Below, in pieces: positions 37,395 to 47,207 of a DNA stretch of 64,000 nt (position 1 is its first letter; every line of letters begins with the position of its first letter). The notes below the pieces were generated by a model. That model saw only the letters and a program-made list of their open reading frames with translations, made no database searches and had not been told where the DNA came from. A program made the translations under genes and the position numbers. This DNA is from Nitrososphaeria archaeon. GTDB lineage: Archaea; Thermoproteota; Nitrososphaeria; Nitrososphaerales; JAAOZN01. Where the stretch lies: assembly GCA_029775855.1 (NCBI GenBank), contig JARVJZ010000004.1, forward strand, positions 32,001 to 96,000, given 5' to 3'.

Positions 37395-37712
37395 TCAACG
37401 AAACTCGTTCTGAAGAGCTAACTTCACAGCAGACGCTAAATCGCCAACCGATACTCCTAGTAGCTGAGCACCAGCACGCATAACTGCATTAGCCAACACT
37501 TGCTCTATATCCGAGGAAACATTAACACCGCTCAGAGATTCCTCGATCTGCTCTATCGCTTCTTCTGGATAAAGAAAAAAGTCTCCTGCTATCAAAGCTC
37601 GTCTAATTACATTTTCTTCCACATCGAGTTTAACCTTGATCATCTTGCCGCCTTTTACCTTATATTCTGATGTAAGCAGCATACGATTCACCTCTTTGCG
37701 ATCCAGCTCCAA
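37395..37712 (-). CDS. Lipoate-protein ligase C-terminal subunit (LplB/LplA-C)
   Basis: KVKGGKMI, GDFFLYPEE. Confidence 0.88.
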   Translation of the reverse strand: MELDRKEVNRMLLTSEYKVKGGKMIKVKLDVEENVIRRALIAGDFFLYPEEAIEQIEESLSGVNVSSDIEQVLANAVMRAGAQLLGVSVGDLASAVKLALQNEFR

Positions 37713-38467
37713 GAAGCAAAGCGTTTACGGTATTCAGAAGCGAGCTCGAGCTCAGCTTGTGTTGGAGATGATGGTTCTATAGCGGTGTCAAAATATTCTG
37801 AGAATCCTCTTCGCAGAGCCTCCTTGATGTCCTCTAAAGTTATGCTGCTTGATACTTCACGATATATCGTCGTAACTCTGTCTTCAACCGCCTTGATTGC
37901 CTTGTCACTTATCTTCTCTTTGCTCACCTTCAAAACTTTAAACATCGTAGGTATGTCTGTCCTCAGTAAGATGGTTCCGTGTTGTAGAATTACTCCTCTT
38001 CTGCGCGTTTGAGCATTACCAGAAATCTTCTTACCGTTAACTACAATATCATTTATAGGCTTGAATTCGGCACTTATGCCAATCTTCTTCAGCCCCTCAA
38101 CAACCGCTTCACAGATAACTCTATAGGAACCTTGTATATCCTCGAAGAACCTTTTAGATCTCAGTGTGTCTTCACTAACCACTAGGCTGTATGTCAATTC
38201 ACCTCCACACTCATGATAGACCGCGCCGCCTCCAGTAATTCTGCGAACAACATCTACACCCAAAGACTTGCACGCATCGAGGTCTACTTCTTGCTCCAAG
38301 CTCTGAAAATAGCCTATTGATACAGCAGAAGGCTTCCAAGTGTAGACCCTAAGAGTTTCAGGAACCCTCTTCTCAGTACGCAGCATAAGAATAGCTTCGT
38401 CGAGCGCCATATTCCAATACGCATCATTATACCCAGTATCCAAGAACCTCCACAAAGTCATCAGCAA
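37688..38467 (-). CDS. lplA: Lipoate-protein ligase catalytic subunit
   Basis: NMALDEA, SIGYFQ, RRITGGGAVYH, KKISGNAQ, LQHGT. Confidence 0.93.
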   Translation of the reverse strand: MLMTLWRFLDTGYNDAYWNMALDEAILMLRTEKRVPETLRVYTWKPSAVSIGYFQSLEQEVDLDACKSLGVDVVRRITGGGAVYHECGGELTYSLVVSEDTLRSKRFFEDIQGSYRVICEAVVEGLKKIGISAEFKPINDIVVNGKKISGNAQTRRRGVILQHGTILLRTDIPTMFKVLKVSKEKISDKAIKAVEDRVTTIYREVSSSITLEDIKEALRRGFSEYFDTAIEPSSPTQAELELASEYRKRFASWSWIAKR

Positions 38468-38551
38468 GCCTTCAACGCATTTCTCTTAGTAAGCTTTTCC
38501 CTATCTGTAAGAGTTAATAGAAAGTCTAAGCATATATTCCTATGCAGGCTG

Positions 38552-39595
38552 GTGATAAGCTTGCCTAAACAAACACCAACTGCTCTCTACCCCGCTCTGT
38601 TAGGCGAAGCAGAAGAAGGAGGGCGGGTCAGATGTAGATTATGCGCTAGACTGTGCAGCCTGCCTGAAGGTAAAGTTGGATACTGCGGCGTAAGGATGAA
38701 CAGCGGAGGTAAACTCTACTCCCTAAACTATGGCAGACTAGTAGCGATGCATCCAGACCCTATAGAGAAGAAGCCTCTTAATCACTTTCATCCTGGCTCA
38801 TACGTGTTTTCAATAGCGACAGTAGGCTGCAACTTTGCCTGCCAATACTGCCAAAACTACGACATCAGCCAGAGAAGAGTTGTGCAGGAACCATACACAC
38901 CCATAGAGAAGGTCCTTGAACTTACGAGAGCGTATCAGTGCCAAGGTGTAACTGGAACATACAACGAGCCAACAATAGAAGCAGAATATCTTATCGACTT
39001 GATGAGAGAAGCTAAGAAAAGAGGTTACTTTACAACATGGGTCTCAAACGGTTACCTAACCCCAGAAGCGGTCGAACTAATAGCGCCTCATCTTGATGCA
39101 ATCACTGTAGACTTCAAAGGATCTGGTAACCGAGACTTCTACCGAAAATACATTCTTGTACCATCAGCCGAGCCTATCTTTGAGACACTTAAATTACTCA
39201 AAGCAAAAGGCGTCCATATAGAGATCACAGATCTTATCGTTCCGGTCCAAAGCGGAGCTGAAATCGAAGACATCAAGAAACTAGCTGAATGGATAGCCGC
39301 AAACCTAAGCGACGAAACACCATTCCACCTACTTAGATTCCACCCAGATTATAGAATGCTTGACACCCCTTACACACCAATCGAAACACTAACGAAAGGT
39401 TGGGCTGTGGCTAGAGAGGCGGGTTTAAAGCACGTCTACCTTGGGAATGTACCTGAAGGAGGTTATGAAGACACAATATGTCCTTCTTGTGGTGCAATAT
39501 GCATAGAGCGCCGCGGCTTCTGGCTAGTGAAGAACTTCTTAAAGAATGGAAACCAGTGCCCCTCTTGTGGCAGAAAGCTGAATATAGTGGACTAA
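38552..39595 (+). CDS. amrS: AmmeMemoRadiSam system radical SAM enzyme
   Basis: CRLCARLC, DPIEKKPL.HF.PG, GCNFACQYCQN, YNEP, RFHPDY, HVYLGN. Confidence 0.92.
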   Translation: MISLPKQTPTALYPALLGEAEEGGRVRCRLCARLCSLPEGKVGYCGVRMNSGGKLYSLNYGRLVAMHPDPIEKKPLNHFHPGSYVFSIATVGCNFACQYCQNYDISQRRVVQEPYTPIEKVLELTRAYQCQGVTGTYNEPTIEAEYLIDLMREAKKRGYFTTWVSNGYLTPEAVELIAPHLDAITVDFKGSGNRDFYRKYILVPSAEPIFETLKLLKAKGVHIEITDLIVPVQSGAEIEDIKKLAEWIAANLSDETPFHLLRFHPDYRMLDTPYTPIETLTKGWAVAREAGLKHVYLGNVPEGGYEDTICPSCGAICIERRGFWLVKNFLKNGNQCPSCGRKLNIVD

Positions 39596-39624
39596 AGCTC
39601 TTGGGATACTTTAGCGCATCTAGA

Positions 39625-40062
39625 TTATTCAACTCTTTCCCAGCTTTCAATTCCACCTTCAACAACCCTAAAGATAGGGTTCGGTTTGATGAATTTAGTA
39701 TTCAATCTTTTTAATTCCTCAAATCTTTTTACGTCCCGCTTCTTAAGTTTTTCAAGTAGGTGCTTAAACTCATACTTAAGTTGACCACAAGTAACACTTA
39801 CAGCTTTCGATATTGTAATACACCTTATTTTAGAGTAATCAAACAAATACCCTCTTTTCTCCGCCTCATAATATATTTGAGTAAGGTATGCATCTATCAG
39901 ATCAATAGGCTTATCATATAGTTTAAACCTTATAAGTTGAGGATGGTTTACATATCCTCTAGTCTTACCCTCTAAAACCCTCTTTGCCAGCAACCCCTCC
40001 CTCCAAAGAGCCACCAACCCACGGCTATCAAGATACTTAGGGTGAATAGACCAAAGTCTCAT
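39625..40062 (-). CDS. Pyrimidine-dimer DNA glycosylase / T4 endonuclease V-like protein
   Basis: MRLWSIHPKYLD..GLVALWREGLLA, GY.NHPQL.RF. Confidence 0.88.
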   Translation of the reverse strand: MRLWSIHPKYLDSRGLVALWREGLLAKRVLEGKTRGYVNHPQLIRFKLYDKPIDLIDAYLTQIYYEAEKRGYLFDYSKIRCITISKAVSVTCGQLKYEFKHLLEKLKKRDVKRFEELKRLNTKFIKPNPIFRVVEGGIESWERVE

Positions 40063-40136
40063 CTAAAAGCCACACGGTAAATTGACAACATCTTACAACA
40101 TAAATATTACTTGATCAGATGCTAATTTGATTAAAA

Positions 40137-40799
40137 TTGAAGCATCTAATTATCTTTGGTCCACCAGGCTCTGGTAAGGGGACGGTCTCACAAGAGGTTG
40201 CTAAGGTCTACGGCATTCCTCACATATCTACAGGAGATCTGCTTCGAGAACACGTTTCTAAGAAAACAACATTTGGTTTAAAGGCTAAGGAGTATATGGA
40301 TAGGGGTGAACTTGTGCCTAACAGCTTGGTCAATGAACTTATGGAAGATGCTCTGGCAAAAAGTGAATGCAGAAAGGGCTTTATACTTGACGGATACCCT
40401 AGGACCGTAGAGCAAGCAGAGGAGCTAGAGAAGATTCTCAATAAGTTGAATCTACATATAGATTGGGTAATCAACTTGAATGTTTCTGACGAAGAGATAA
40501 TAAGAAGGCTTTCAACAAGAAGAGTATGCAAAGTATGCGGCGCGGTTTACAACACAGTAACTAATCCATCTAAGAAAGAAGGAGTCTGCGATGTCTGCGG
40601 TGGTCCTCTAATATTAAGAGATGACGATAAACCAGAGGTGGTTAAAAATAGGCTTCAAACTTATGCAAAGATGAGCGCGCCTGTATTGAGTTACTATATA
40701 TCTCGTCAAAAGGTGCTGAACATAGATGGCTCAGGGGATGTCGCCACAGTTAGAGCGAGAGTGCTTAACACTTTAGAAGAGAAGATGAGAGTAAAGTAA
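40137..40799 (+). CDS. adk: Adenylate kinase, bacterial-type with zinc lid
   Basis: GPPGSGKGT, ISTGDLLR, LDGYPRT, CKVC...CDVC, RDDD. Confidence 0.95.
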   Translation: MKHLIIFGPPGSGKGTVSQEVAKVYGIPHISTGDLLREHVSKKTTFGLKAKEYMDRGELVPNSLVNELMEDALAKSECRKGFILDGYPRTVEQAEELEKILNKLNLHIDWVINLNVSDEEIIRRLSTRRVCKVCGAVYNTVTNPSKKEGVCDVCGGPLILRDDDKPEVVKNRLQTYAKMSAPVLSYYISRQKVLNIDGSGDVATVRARVLNTLEEKMRVK

Positions 40800-40802
40800 A
40801 AT

Positions 40803-41210
40803 TTAAGGCATTATCTGCTTCAGCTTAGCCTCTATTATCTGACGGGGAACAGCACCTATCAACCTATCCACAACTTCACCATTACGCGCAAAGAGTAGAG
40901 TAGGTATGCTCATAATTCCATATTGTGAAGCTACGGTCGGATTCTCATCTACATTAAGCTTCCCAAATACTACTCTACCAGCGTAATCTGAAGCTAGCGC
41001 ATCAATTACGGGTGAGAGTATTCTGCAAGGTCCACACCAAGGCGCCCAACAATCTATAACAACTACTGGATACTGTGTGATGAAGTTGTCGAAGGTCGCG
41101 TCTGAAACTTCTACTGGCCTGTTAGGGTAGTTCTTTTTAGCCTCTTGTTCCGCTGCTTTTCTCATAAGTTCAAACATCTTTCTTCTTTTTAGATCTTCTA
41201 AGTCGCTCAA
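40803..41210 (-). CDS. trxA: Thioredoxin
   Basis: WAPWCGPC, SIPTL. Confidence 0.95.
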   Translation of the reverse strand: MSDLEDLKRRKMFELMRKAAEQEAKKNYPNRPVEVSDATFDNFITQYPVVVIDCWAPWCGPCRILSPVIDALASDYAGRVVFGKLNVDENPTVASQYGIMSIPTLLFARNGEVVDRLIGAVPRQIIEAKLKQIMP

Positions 41211-41224
41211 GGCTCTTCTCCTAA

Positions 41225-41692
41225 CTAGCCCTCTGTGTCTGCTATTAAAGAGTTACTTAGTTTAAATGCAAGCATCTCTTCATGTTTGAGGCGCTCTTTC
41301 ATCATACATCTATCCATGATTACTATAAGACCGGCATTCGATGCGGCTTCAGCGGCTTCTTTGTTTACGATACCCTCCTGCATCCAGACCGCTTTAAGTC
41401 GGCCATATTTCCTCCGAATTTCTAAAGCTTCTTTAACGACAGAGGGTACATCTTCCGCTCTTCTAAATATGTCCACAACCTCTATGCTAGCTTTAAGATT
41501 CTCCGGCAGAGCTGATAGTGATGGATAGGCTTTCTCGCCAAGAACTTCTTCTGCAAAGGGATTTATGGGTATTATCTTGTATCCCTTTGACTTTAGAAAC
41601 TCTGCCACCTTGTAGCTTTCTTTGTTAGGATCTCTTGATAAACCAACTACCGCTACTATACGACACTTTAGAACCTCTTCAACCTCATCCAA
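41225..41692 (-). CDS. CoA-binding protein (YccU-like)
   Basis: AVVGLS, VDIFR, WMQEG, DRC. Confidence 0.9.
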   Translation of the reverse strand: MDEVEEVLKCRIVAVVGLSRDPNKESYKVAEFLKSKGYKIIPINPFAEEVLGEKAYPSLSALPENLKASIEVVDIFRRAEDVPSVVKEALEIRRKYGRLKAVWMQEGIVNKEAAEAASNAGLIVIMDRCMMKERLKHEEMLAFKLSNSLIADTEG

Positions 41693-41713
41693 ATCTTTCT
41701 ACACACCATAAGA

Positions 41714-42355
41714 CTAAGCTCTGACAACAAAATCAATGAACTGCTCTTCCGGCAGCGCGCCAACGAACTCGAGCTTATCGTTAATTACTGTCTTAGGCAC
41801 AGCCATGACTGAGTAGCGGTTCGCGAGATGTGGAAACTCAACCGACTCAACCATATCAGCCACTATGTTAAGGTTTTCGATAGCGAGCTGATGTGCTGTG
41901 CGCACCGCTTTAGGGCAGTAAGGGCAAGTCGGTGTAACAAAGACTTGTATGTGGACCGGCTTACTTATGCTCTTCACTTTACTTACAAGCTCTGGTGGAA
42001 GTCTTGATCTACCTCTAGACACATCAACTATATCTTCAATTAATGAAGTGAATTCATAGCCTGAAGGTATACCGAAGTATCTGACCTTATATTCGTCTTT
42101 ACCAGTTATTATTGTGGCTGGTATCTTATCTACACCCAACGCCTTAGCAGTATTAGCTTCTGAGACAAAGTCGTAAACTTCTAGGTTAATCTTGTTCGAT
42201 AACGCAGCCAACTCCTCCAATAACATTCGAGTCTCCTTACAGAATTCGCATTCAAAGTCTTGTGTAAAGTAGCGTATCCTCACTTCTCCTTCGAGGTTTT
42301 GACTGAAGATTCTAGAGACCTTTCCTTTAATATCGTCCTTTAAGATAGCCATCAT
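41714..42355 (-). CDS. Protein disulfide oxidoreductase (PDO, two thioredoxin folds)
   Basis: CEFC and CPYC; GIPSGYEF; SVMAVPK. Confidence 0.93.
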   Translation of the reverse strand: MMAILKDDIKGKVSRIFSQNLEGEVRIRYFTQDFECEFCKETRMLLEELAALSNKINLEVYDFVSEANTAKALGVDKIPATIITGKDEYKVRYFGIPSGYEFTSLIEDIVDVSRGRSRLPPELVSKVKSISKPVHIQVFVTPTCPYCPKAVRTAHQLAIENLNIVADMVESVEFPHLANRYSVMAVPKTVINDKLEFVGALPEEQFIDFVVRA

Positions 42356-42409
42356 TTAATCCTACTATAGAATTCTTAATAAATTATTCTACTCAATAAG
42401 CTGTGTAGG

Positions 42410-42802
42410 ATGTCAAGCAGACAGTCTATAAGTGAGGAGGTTGATGCCCTAAAAGCTTTTCTTAAAAAGCTAGATGATGAGGCTAATGACGGGGCCATAG
42501 TTGTCGTTGAAGGATTGAGAGATGAGAGAGCGCTTCGCAGCCTAGGTTTCTCCGGCACTCTCTTTCTACTCTGCCAAGGCAAGGGTATTAATCATCTACT
42601 CACGGTATCGCCATCGTTTAAAAAAGCGATAATTTTAACCGACCTTGACCGTAAAGGCGGAATACTAGCAGCTAGGGTTGTGCAAACACTTCAGAGCAAG
42701 AATATTAAAGTTGACTTATTCTTTCGCAAAGAGCTAAAGAGCATCATGCGTGGTAAGATTCGTAGCATAGAGGATCTGAAGAAGTTCAGCGACTATTTCT
42801 GA
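42410..42802 (+). CDS. Stand-alone TOPRIM-domain protein
   Basis: VVVEGLRD, ILTDLDRKG. Confidence 0.88.
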   Translation: MSSRQSISEEVDALKAFLKKLDDEANDGAIVVVEGLRDERALRSLGFSGTLFLLCQGKGINHLLTVSPSFKKAIILTDLDRKGGILAARVVQTLQSKNIKVDLFFRKELKSIMRGKIRSIEDLKKFSDYF

Positions 42803-42805
42803 GTG

Positions 42806-43894
42806 TTATCGGCTGTGCGCAGATATCCAATATTCAAGCATCCTTTTTGCTTCGCTATCGTCTATCTGCTTTGGTGGATGCTTCATGAGCCAAGCGCTTG
42901 CTTCAACTAATGCTCCTCCTAAACCTCTATCTAACGCTAGTTTACAGCACCTTATAGCGTCTACCGCAATACCCGCGGAGTTGGCTTTATCGTCAACCTC
43001 TAACCTTAACTCTATTGTAAAGGGTATGTTTGCGAACATCCTGCCTTGAATCTTTATGAAGGCTATCTTTGTGTTTCCCAGCTGAGGTATGAAGTCGCTT
43101 GGACCCACATAGATCTTATCTTCAGGTAGCCTTTTAGGAAGGACGCTTTGAACCGCTTCAGTCTTAGAAATCTTTTTTGACTCAAGTCTTTCAACTTCTT
43201 TCAAATTCAGAAAGTCTGTGTTGCCTCCTACATTAATCTGGTATGTTTGGTCTACAATAGTTCCCCTGTCTGCACAAAGCTTAGCTAAGGCTCTGTGCAC
43301 GATTGTTGCGCCGACGACAGCTTTTATGTCATCTCCTATGACTGGTATGCCTTTTTGAGCGAATCTTTCTGCCCAACTGTTGTTTGATGCTATGAATACT
43401 GGTATGCAGTTTACAAATCCGCAACCCGTTTCTAAGGCGATTTCAGCCCAGAACTCTGTTGCTAACTGGCTTCCGACTGGTAAATAGTTAATAAGAATCT
43501 CCGTGTTGCTTCTCTTTATTTCATCTATTATCTCGTTCTTAAGAATATTTATTGGGCGTTGGTTAGTTATTGGTTTGATTTTGTTTTCTACATATATACC
43601 TACACCATCTAAGATGGGGGATTCTTTAACTACTACATCACAGTTAGAAACCTTTGAGACCCATTTAACTAAATTTGGCTCTTCATATATAGCTTCTGAA
43701 AGCAGCTTCCCAACTTTGTTTTCTCCTACATCAAAGGCGCTAGTAAATGTAATATCTTCAAGCTTATACCCCCCGATTTCCTGGTGCATCAAGCCTATTT
43801 CAGATTCACCAGTTGTTTTGTAGAATTCGATGCCTTGAACTAGGGCGCTCGCGCAGTTACCTACCCCTATTATCCCAACTCTTATTTTGCCCAT
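42806..43894 (-). CDS. ino1: myo-Inositol-1(3)-phosphate synthase
   Basis: GVGNCAS, YLPVGS, GDDIK, NVGGNTDF, SKKISKT, NSAG, KHPP. Confidence 0.95.
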   Translation of the reverse strand: MGKIRVGIIGVGNCASALVQGIEFYKTTGESEIGLMHQEIGGYKLEDITFTSAFDVGENKVGKLLSEAIYEEPNLVKWVSKVSNCDVVVKESPILDGVGIYVENKIKPITNQRPINILKNEIIDEIKRSNTEILINYLPVGSQLATEFWAEIALETGCGFVNCIPVFIASNNSWAERFAQKGIPVIGDDIKAVVGATIVHRALAKLCADRGTIVDQTYQINVGGNTDFLNLKEVERLESKKISKTEAVQSVLPKRLPEDKIYVGPSDFIPQLGNTKIAFIKIQGRMFANIPFTIELRLEVDDKANSAGIAVDAIRCCKLALDRGLGGALVEASAWLMKHPPKQIDDSEAKRMLEYWISAHSR

Positions 43895-44099
43895 GCTCTA
43901 TGACGCTTCCTCTTGACTATATTTAAAATCTTACCATCAACATTCGCATCTTTGTTAACTTAGATGTGAACAATAGATTCAACATATACTCTGCTATTTG
44001 GTTGGAGGTGCGTGTCAACAAAGTCAAGATATGAGACAGTTGATTCTTATGTTTTTGCTAAAAACGATATATATCTTTACAACTTTTCAGCTATATTAG

Positions 44100-44119
44100 T
44101 ATGGTATATACATACCATA
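44100..44119. promoter_or_regulatory. Palindromic operator ahead of the ArsR-cdh operon
   Basis: TATGGTAT-ATAC-ATACCATA, about 25 bp downstream of AAAACGATATATAT (BRE/TATA-like). Confidence 0.65.
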
Positions 44120-44153
44120 GGCTTAATAGTTATCTTTTTGTAATTACTGCAAA

Positions 44154-44489
44154 ATGAGCGCTGCAGAGGTCTTAGCCGAAATGCCTGAGAGTTTTATACC
44201 CAAGGTCTGTAGAGTCTTTAGCAATCCAACTCGATACAAAATACTTTTGCTACTAGACAAAGAGCCTAGAACATTCACAGCCCTAATGAAGATGCTTACA
44301 GTCAACCCTAAGGTCTTAAATGACCACCTTAACACGCTAATAGCAAACAAGCTTGCAGCCAAATCCTATGCATATAATGTATATACATTAACTCCGCTAG
44401 GTCGTTTGGTAAAGGAAGCGCTAGCTGAGATGAACAACAAATTAAAAGAACCTTTAAAAACCTTGGCTCAGTGGGAGGGATTAGGATGA
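44154..44489 (+). CDS. ArsR-family HTH regulator
   Basis: FSNPTRYKILLLL, LNDHLNTL, YTLTPLG. Confidence 0.88.
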   Translation: MSAAEVLAEMPESFIPKVCRVFSNPTRYKILLLLDKEPRTFTALMKMLTVNPKVLNDHLNTLIANKLAAKSYAYNVYTLTPLGRLVKEALAEMNNKLKEPLKTLAQWEGLG

Positions 44490-44533
44490 GGAAGCTAGAC
44501 CAAAGCAGCCTCACGATAAGGAGGGATTAGAAT

Positions 44534-45994
44534 ATGCTTCTTGAATGTGACCCAAGTAAACTTAGAATAGAAACAATAGGTGTTGAGAAGCCCAACTTCC
44601 CGATGGACATAGGCGAGATGTATGAAGGCGAACGCATACGCCGCCCAGATATGCAGGTGGAGTTTGGAGGCGTTGATGTACCAAAAAAGTGGGAAATCGT
44701 CCTCACAAGAAAACCAGAAGAAATAGAAGATGGCAGAGTGATACTAATCGGACCAGACCTAAATGAACTAAAGCAAGGCGGCACCTACCCGCTAGGAATC
44801 TTAGTAGAGGTTGCTGGTGAGAAGGTTGAAAAAGACTTAGAGGGTGTGCTGGAGAGAAGAATACACTACTTCCTTAACTACATAGAAGGCGTTATGCACC
44901 TAAATCAAAGATACGATATATGGATTAGAATAGGGAAGAAAGTCTATCAAAAAGGACTGAACTCGCTAGCTTGGCTAGGTAAAGCGCTGATATGGCTCTA
45001 TAAACAGAGCTTTCCAGTAATAGAAAAGATACAAGTGAGCCTAACAACCGACCAACAAACGATAGAAAAGTTCTACCCATATGCGCTAGAAGTGTGGGCT
45101 GCAAGGGACAAACGCGCCAGAGAACTAAAAGACGAAGATGTAGAAGAATTCTACGGCTGTGTTATGTGCCAATCATTTGCACCCACACACATGTGTGTGA
45201 TAACACCTAACCGCATAGCGTCTTGCGGCTCAATAAGCTGGTTCGATGCAAGGGCAGCGTCAAAAGTAGATCCGAAAGGACCCAACTTCCCCATTCCTAA
45301 AGGGGAGTGCATCGACCCTATCAAGGGCATCTACACAGGTGTAAACGAGATTATATCTAAAAAGTCCCTCGGAAGCATAAAGCAAGTCGCGCTTTACACA
45401 TCTTTTGAAACACCACACACATCCTGCGGCTGCTTTGAGGGTATAGCCTTCTACATACCTGAAGTAGATGGTATAGCGATAGTTCACAGAGACTTTAAAG
45501 GACCTACCGTAAACGGGCTGACTTTCTCGAATATGGCTGAGCATACTAGCGGCGGCACGCAAAACCCAGGCTTCAACGGAATAGCGATAGAGTACCTTAG
45601 GTCACCTAAGTTCCTACAAGCAGATGGGGGCTGGGAGAGAATAGTGTGGATACCTAAGGCGATAAAAGATAGAGTTGGAGACAGCATACCTCAACATATG
45701 AAAGATCTAATACCAACTGAGCAAGAAGTCAAAAATATAGAGGAGTTGAAGTCTTGGCTAAAGAGTAAGAATCATCCAGTCGTTAAACGCTGGAAGCAGG
45801 TTGCTGAAGAAAAGGCGCCTGAGGTGAGAAAGGAGGCATTTGTGGAAGCCGCACCTGCTGAACTTGTGCCAGCAACAGTAGTGCCTGAAGGCTTATCCGT
45901 CCCGATAGGCGGAGGCTTCATCATCATCTTCAAGAACGCTAAGATCGTGGCTGAAAAGGTCATAATAAAGCGTGCGGAGAAGGTAGGGAAATAG
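44534..45994 (+). CDS. cdhC: Acetyl-CoA synthase (ACDS beta subunit)
   Basis: YEGERIR, HLNQR, FYGCVMCQSFAPTH.C...CG, HTSCGCFE; A-cluster Cys ligands intact. Confidence 0.97.
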   Translation: MLLECDPSKLRIETIGVEKPNFPMDIGEMYEGERIRRPDMQVEFGGVDVPKKWEIVLTRKPEEIEDGRVILIGPDLNELKQGGTYPLGILVEVAGEKVEKDLEGVLERRIHYFLNYIEGVMHLNQRYDIWIRIGKKVYQKGLNSLAWLGKALIWLYKQSFPVIEKIQVSLTTDQQTIEKFYPYALEVWAARDKRARELKDEDVEEFYGCVMCQSFAPTHMCVITPNRIASCGSISWFDARAASKVDPKGPNFPIPKGECIDPIKGIYTGVNEIISKKSLGSIKQVALYTSFETPHTSCGCFEGIAFYIPEVDGIAIVHRDFKGPTVNGLTFSNMAEHTSGGTQNPGFNGIAIEYLRSPKFLQADGGWERIVWIPKAIKDRVGDSIPQHMKDLIPTEQEVKNIEELKSWLKSKNHPVVKRWKQVAEEKAPEVRKEAFVEAAPAELVPATVVPEGLSVPIGGGFIIIFKNAKIVAEKVIIKRAEKVGK

Positions 45995-45995
45995 G

Positions 45996-47195
45996 ATGGC
46001 TGGCGGGAATGATGATATTAATGAGCTAGTCAAGAAGGTAGCTGACCTCGTGCAAAAATTTGAAGAAATCGAAATAGAAAATGTGGAGCTGTCAACAGAA
46101 GAGCTACGCATTATAATCCAACCTCTTGTCCAAACCGCAATTAAACGCGCTGAAGCAGCATTAAAGGTTGAAGAAAAACCCCCTGAACTTATTAAAGCAA
46201 CATTTACACCCTACCTAGAAAAGTTCCACGGACAGATCGCTGAAGTTCAACTTGGTGCTACAAAATCTGAAGGCGGGACAAGAGGGAAGACGCTGAAAAT
46301 CGGTGGAGAGAAGACGATGCCCTTCTACAGCTTTGAAGCATCTAATCCGAATAAACCCGTCTTCGCTATGGATGTGTTCGATATGCCCATTACTTTAACC
46401 AAACCTGTTAAGCAGATGGTAGAGGATGTTATGCACGACCCTGCTGAGTGGGCTAAGAAGTGTGTAAATAAGTATGGTGCGCAAGTTGTTTCACTTAATT
46501 TGGTGAGCACAGATCCGCTCCTTGAGGACAGACCTATTCAGCAAGCTATGAAGAGCGTTGAAAATGTCCTTCAAGCGGTGGATGTGCCTATAATCATTGG
46601 AGGCTCAGGTAATCCTCAGAAGGATCCATTAGTGCTTTCTGCTGCTGCGGAAGTAGCACATGGAGAAAAGGTGGTGCTGAACTCAGTTACTATTGAGATG
46701 GATTATAAGAGGGTTGTGAAGGCTTGTAAGGAGCACGGTCATGCACTAGTTTCTTTTACACCAATGGATGTGAATAATCAGAAGCGGCTTAATCGCTTAC
46801 TGTTAGATGAGGGGCTACCGAAGAATCAGATAGTCCAAGATCCAACTACAGCTGCATTAGGGTATGGTTTAGAATACGCCTTCAGCTTAGAGGAGCGAAT
46901 AAAGCTCGCTGGGCTGATGGGTGATGAGGATCTGCAGATGCCGATTTTAGCTGCTGCAAGCAACGCATGGGGTGCTCGTGAATCATGGATGAAGGTTGAG
47001 GAGTGGGGGCCTCGTGAGATAAGAGGGCCGCTTTGGGAGACTGTAACTTGTGTAGCGCTTATGATGGCTGGTGCAGACTTATTTATGATAAGTCATCCTG
47101 CTACGATTAGGGTTGCTAAGAAGCTTGCGGACAGCCTCTTTGGCGAAGGTGTCTGTGAGCAGAAGATAGAAAATTGGATCACGAGCCTAAAGTAG
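45996..47195 (+). CDS. cdhD: Corrinoid Fe-S protein small subunit (ACDS delta)
   Basis: GGSGNP.KD, DPTTAALGYGLEY, NAWGARE, RGPLWE. Confidence 0.96.
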   Translation: MAGGNDDINELVKKVADLVQKFEEIEIENVELSTEELRIIIQPLVQTAIKRAEAALKVEEKPPELIKATFTPYLEKFHGQIAEVQLGATKSEGGTRGKTLKIGGEKTMPFYSFEASNPNKPVFAMDVFDMPITLTKPVKQMVEDVMHDPAEWAKKCVNKYGAQVVSLNLVSTDPLLEDRPIQQAMKSVENVLQAVDVPIIIGGSGNPQKDPLVLSAAAEVAHGEKVVLNSVTIEMDYKRVVKACKEHGHALVSFTPMDVNNQKRLNRLLLDEGLPKNQIVQDPTTAALGYGLEYAFSLEERIKLAGLMGDEDLQMPILAAASNAWGARESWMKVEEWGPREIRGPLWETVTCVALMMAGADLFMISHPATIRVAKKLADSLFGEGVCEQKIENWITSLK

Positions 47196-47207
47196 GAGGG
47201 TAAGGGC

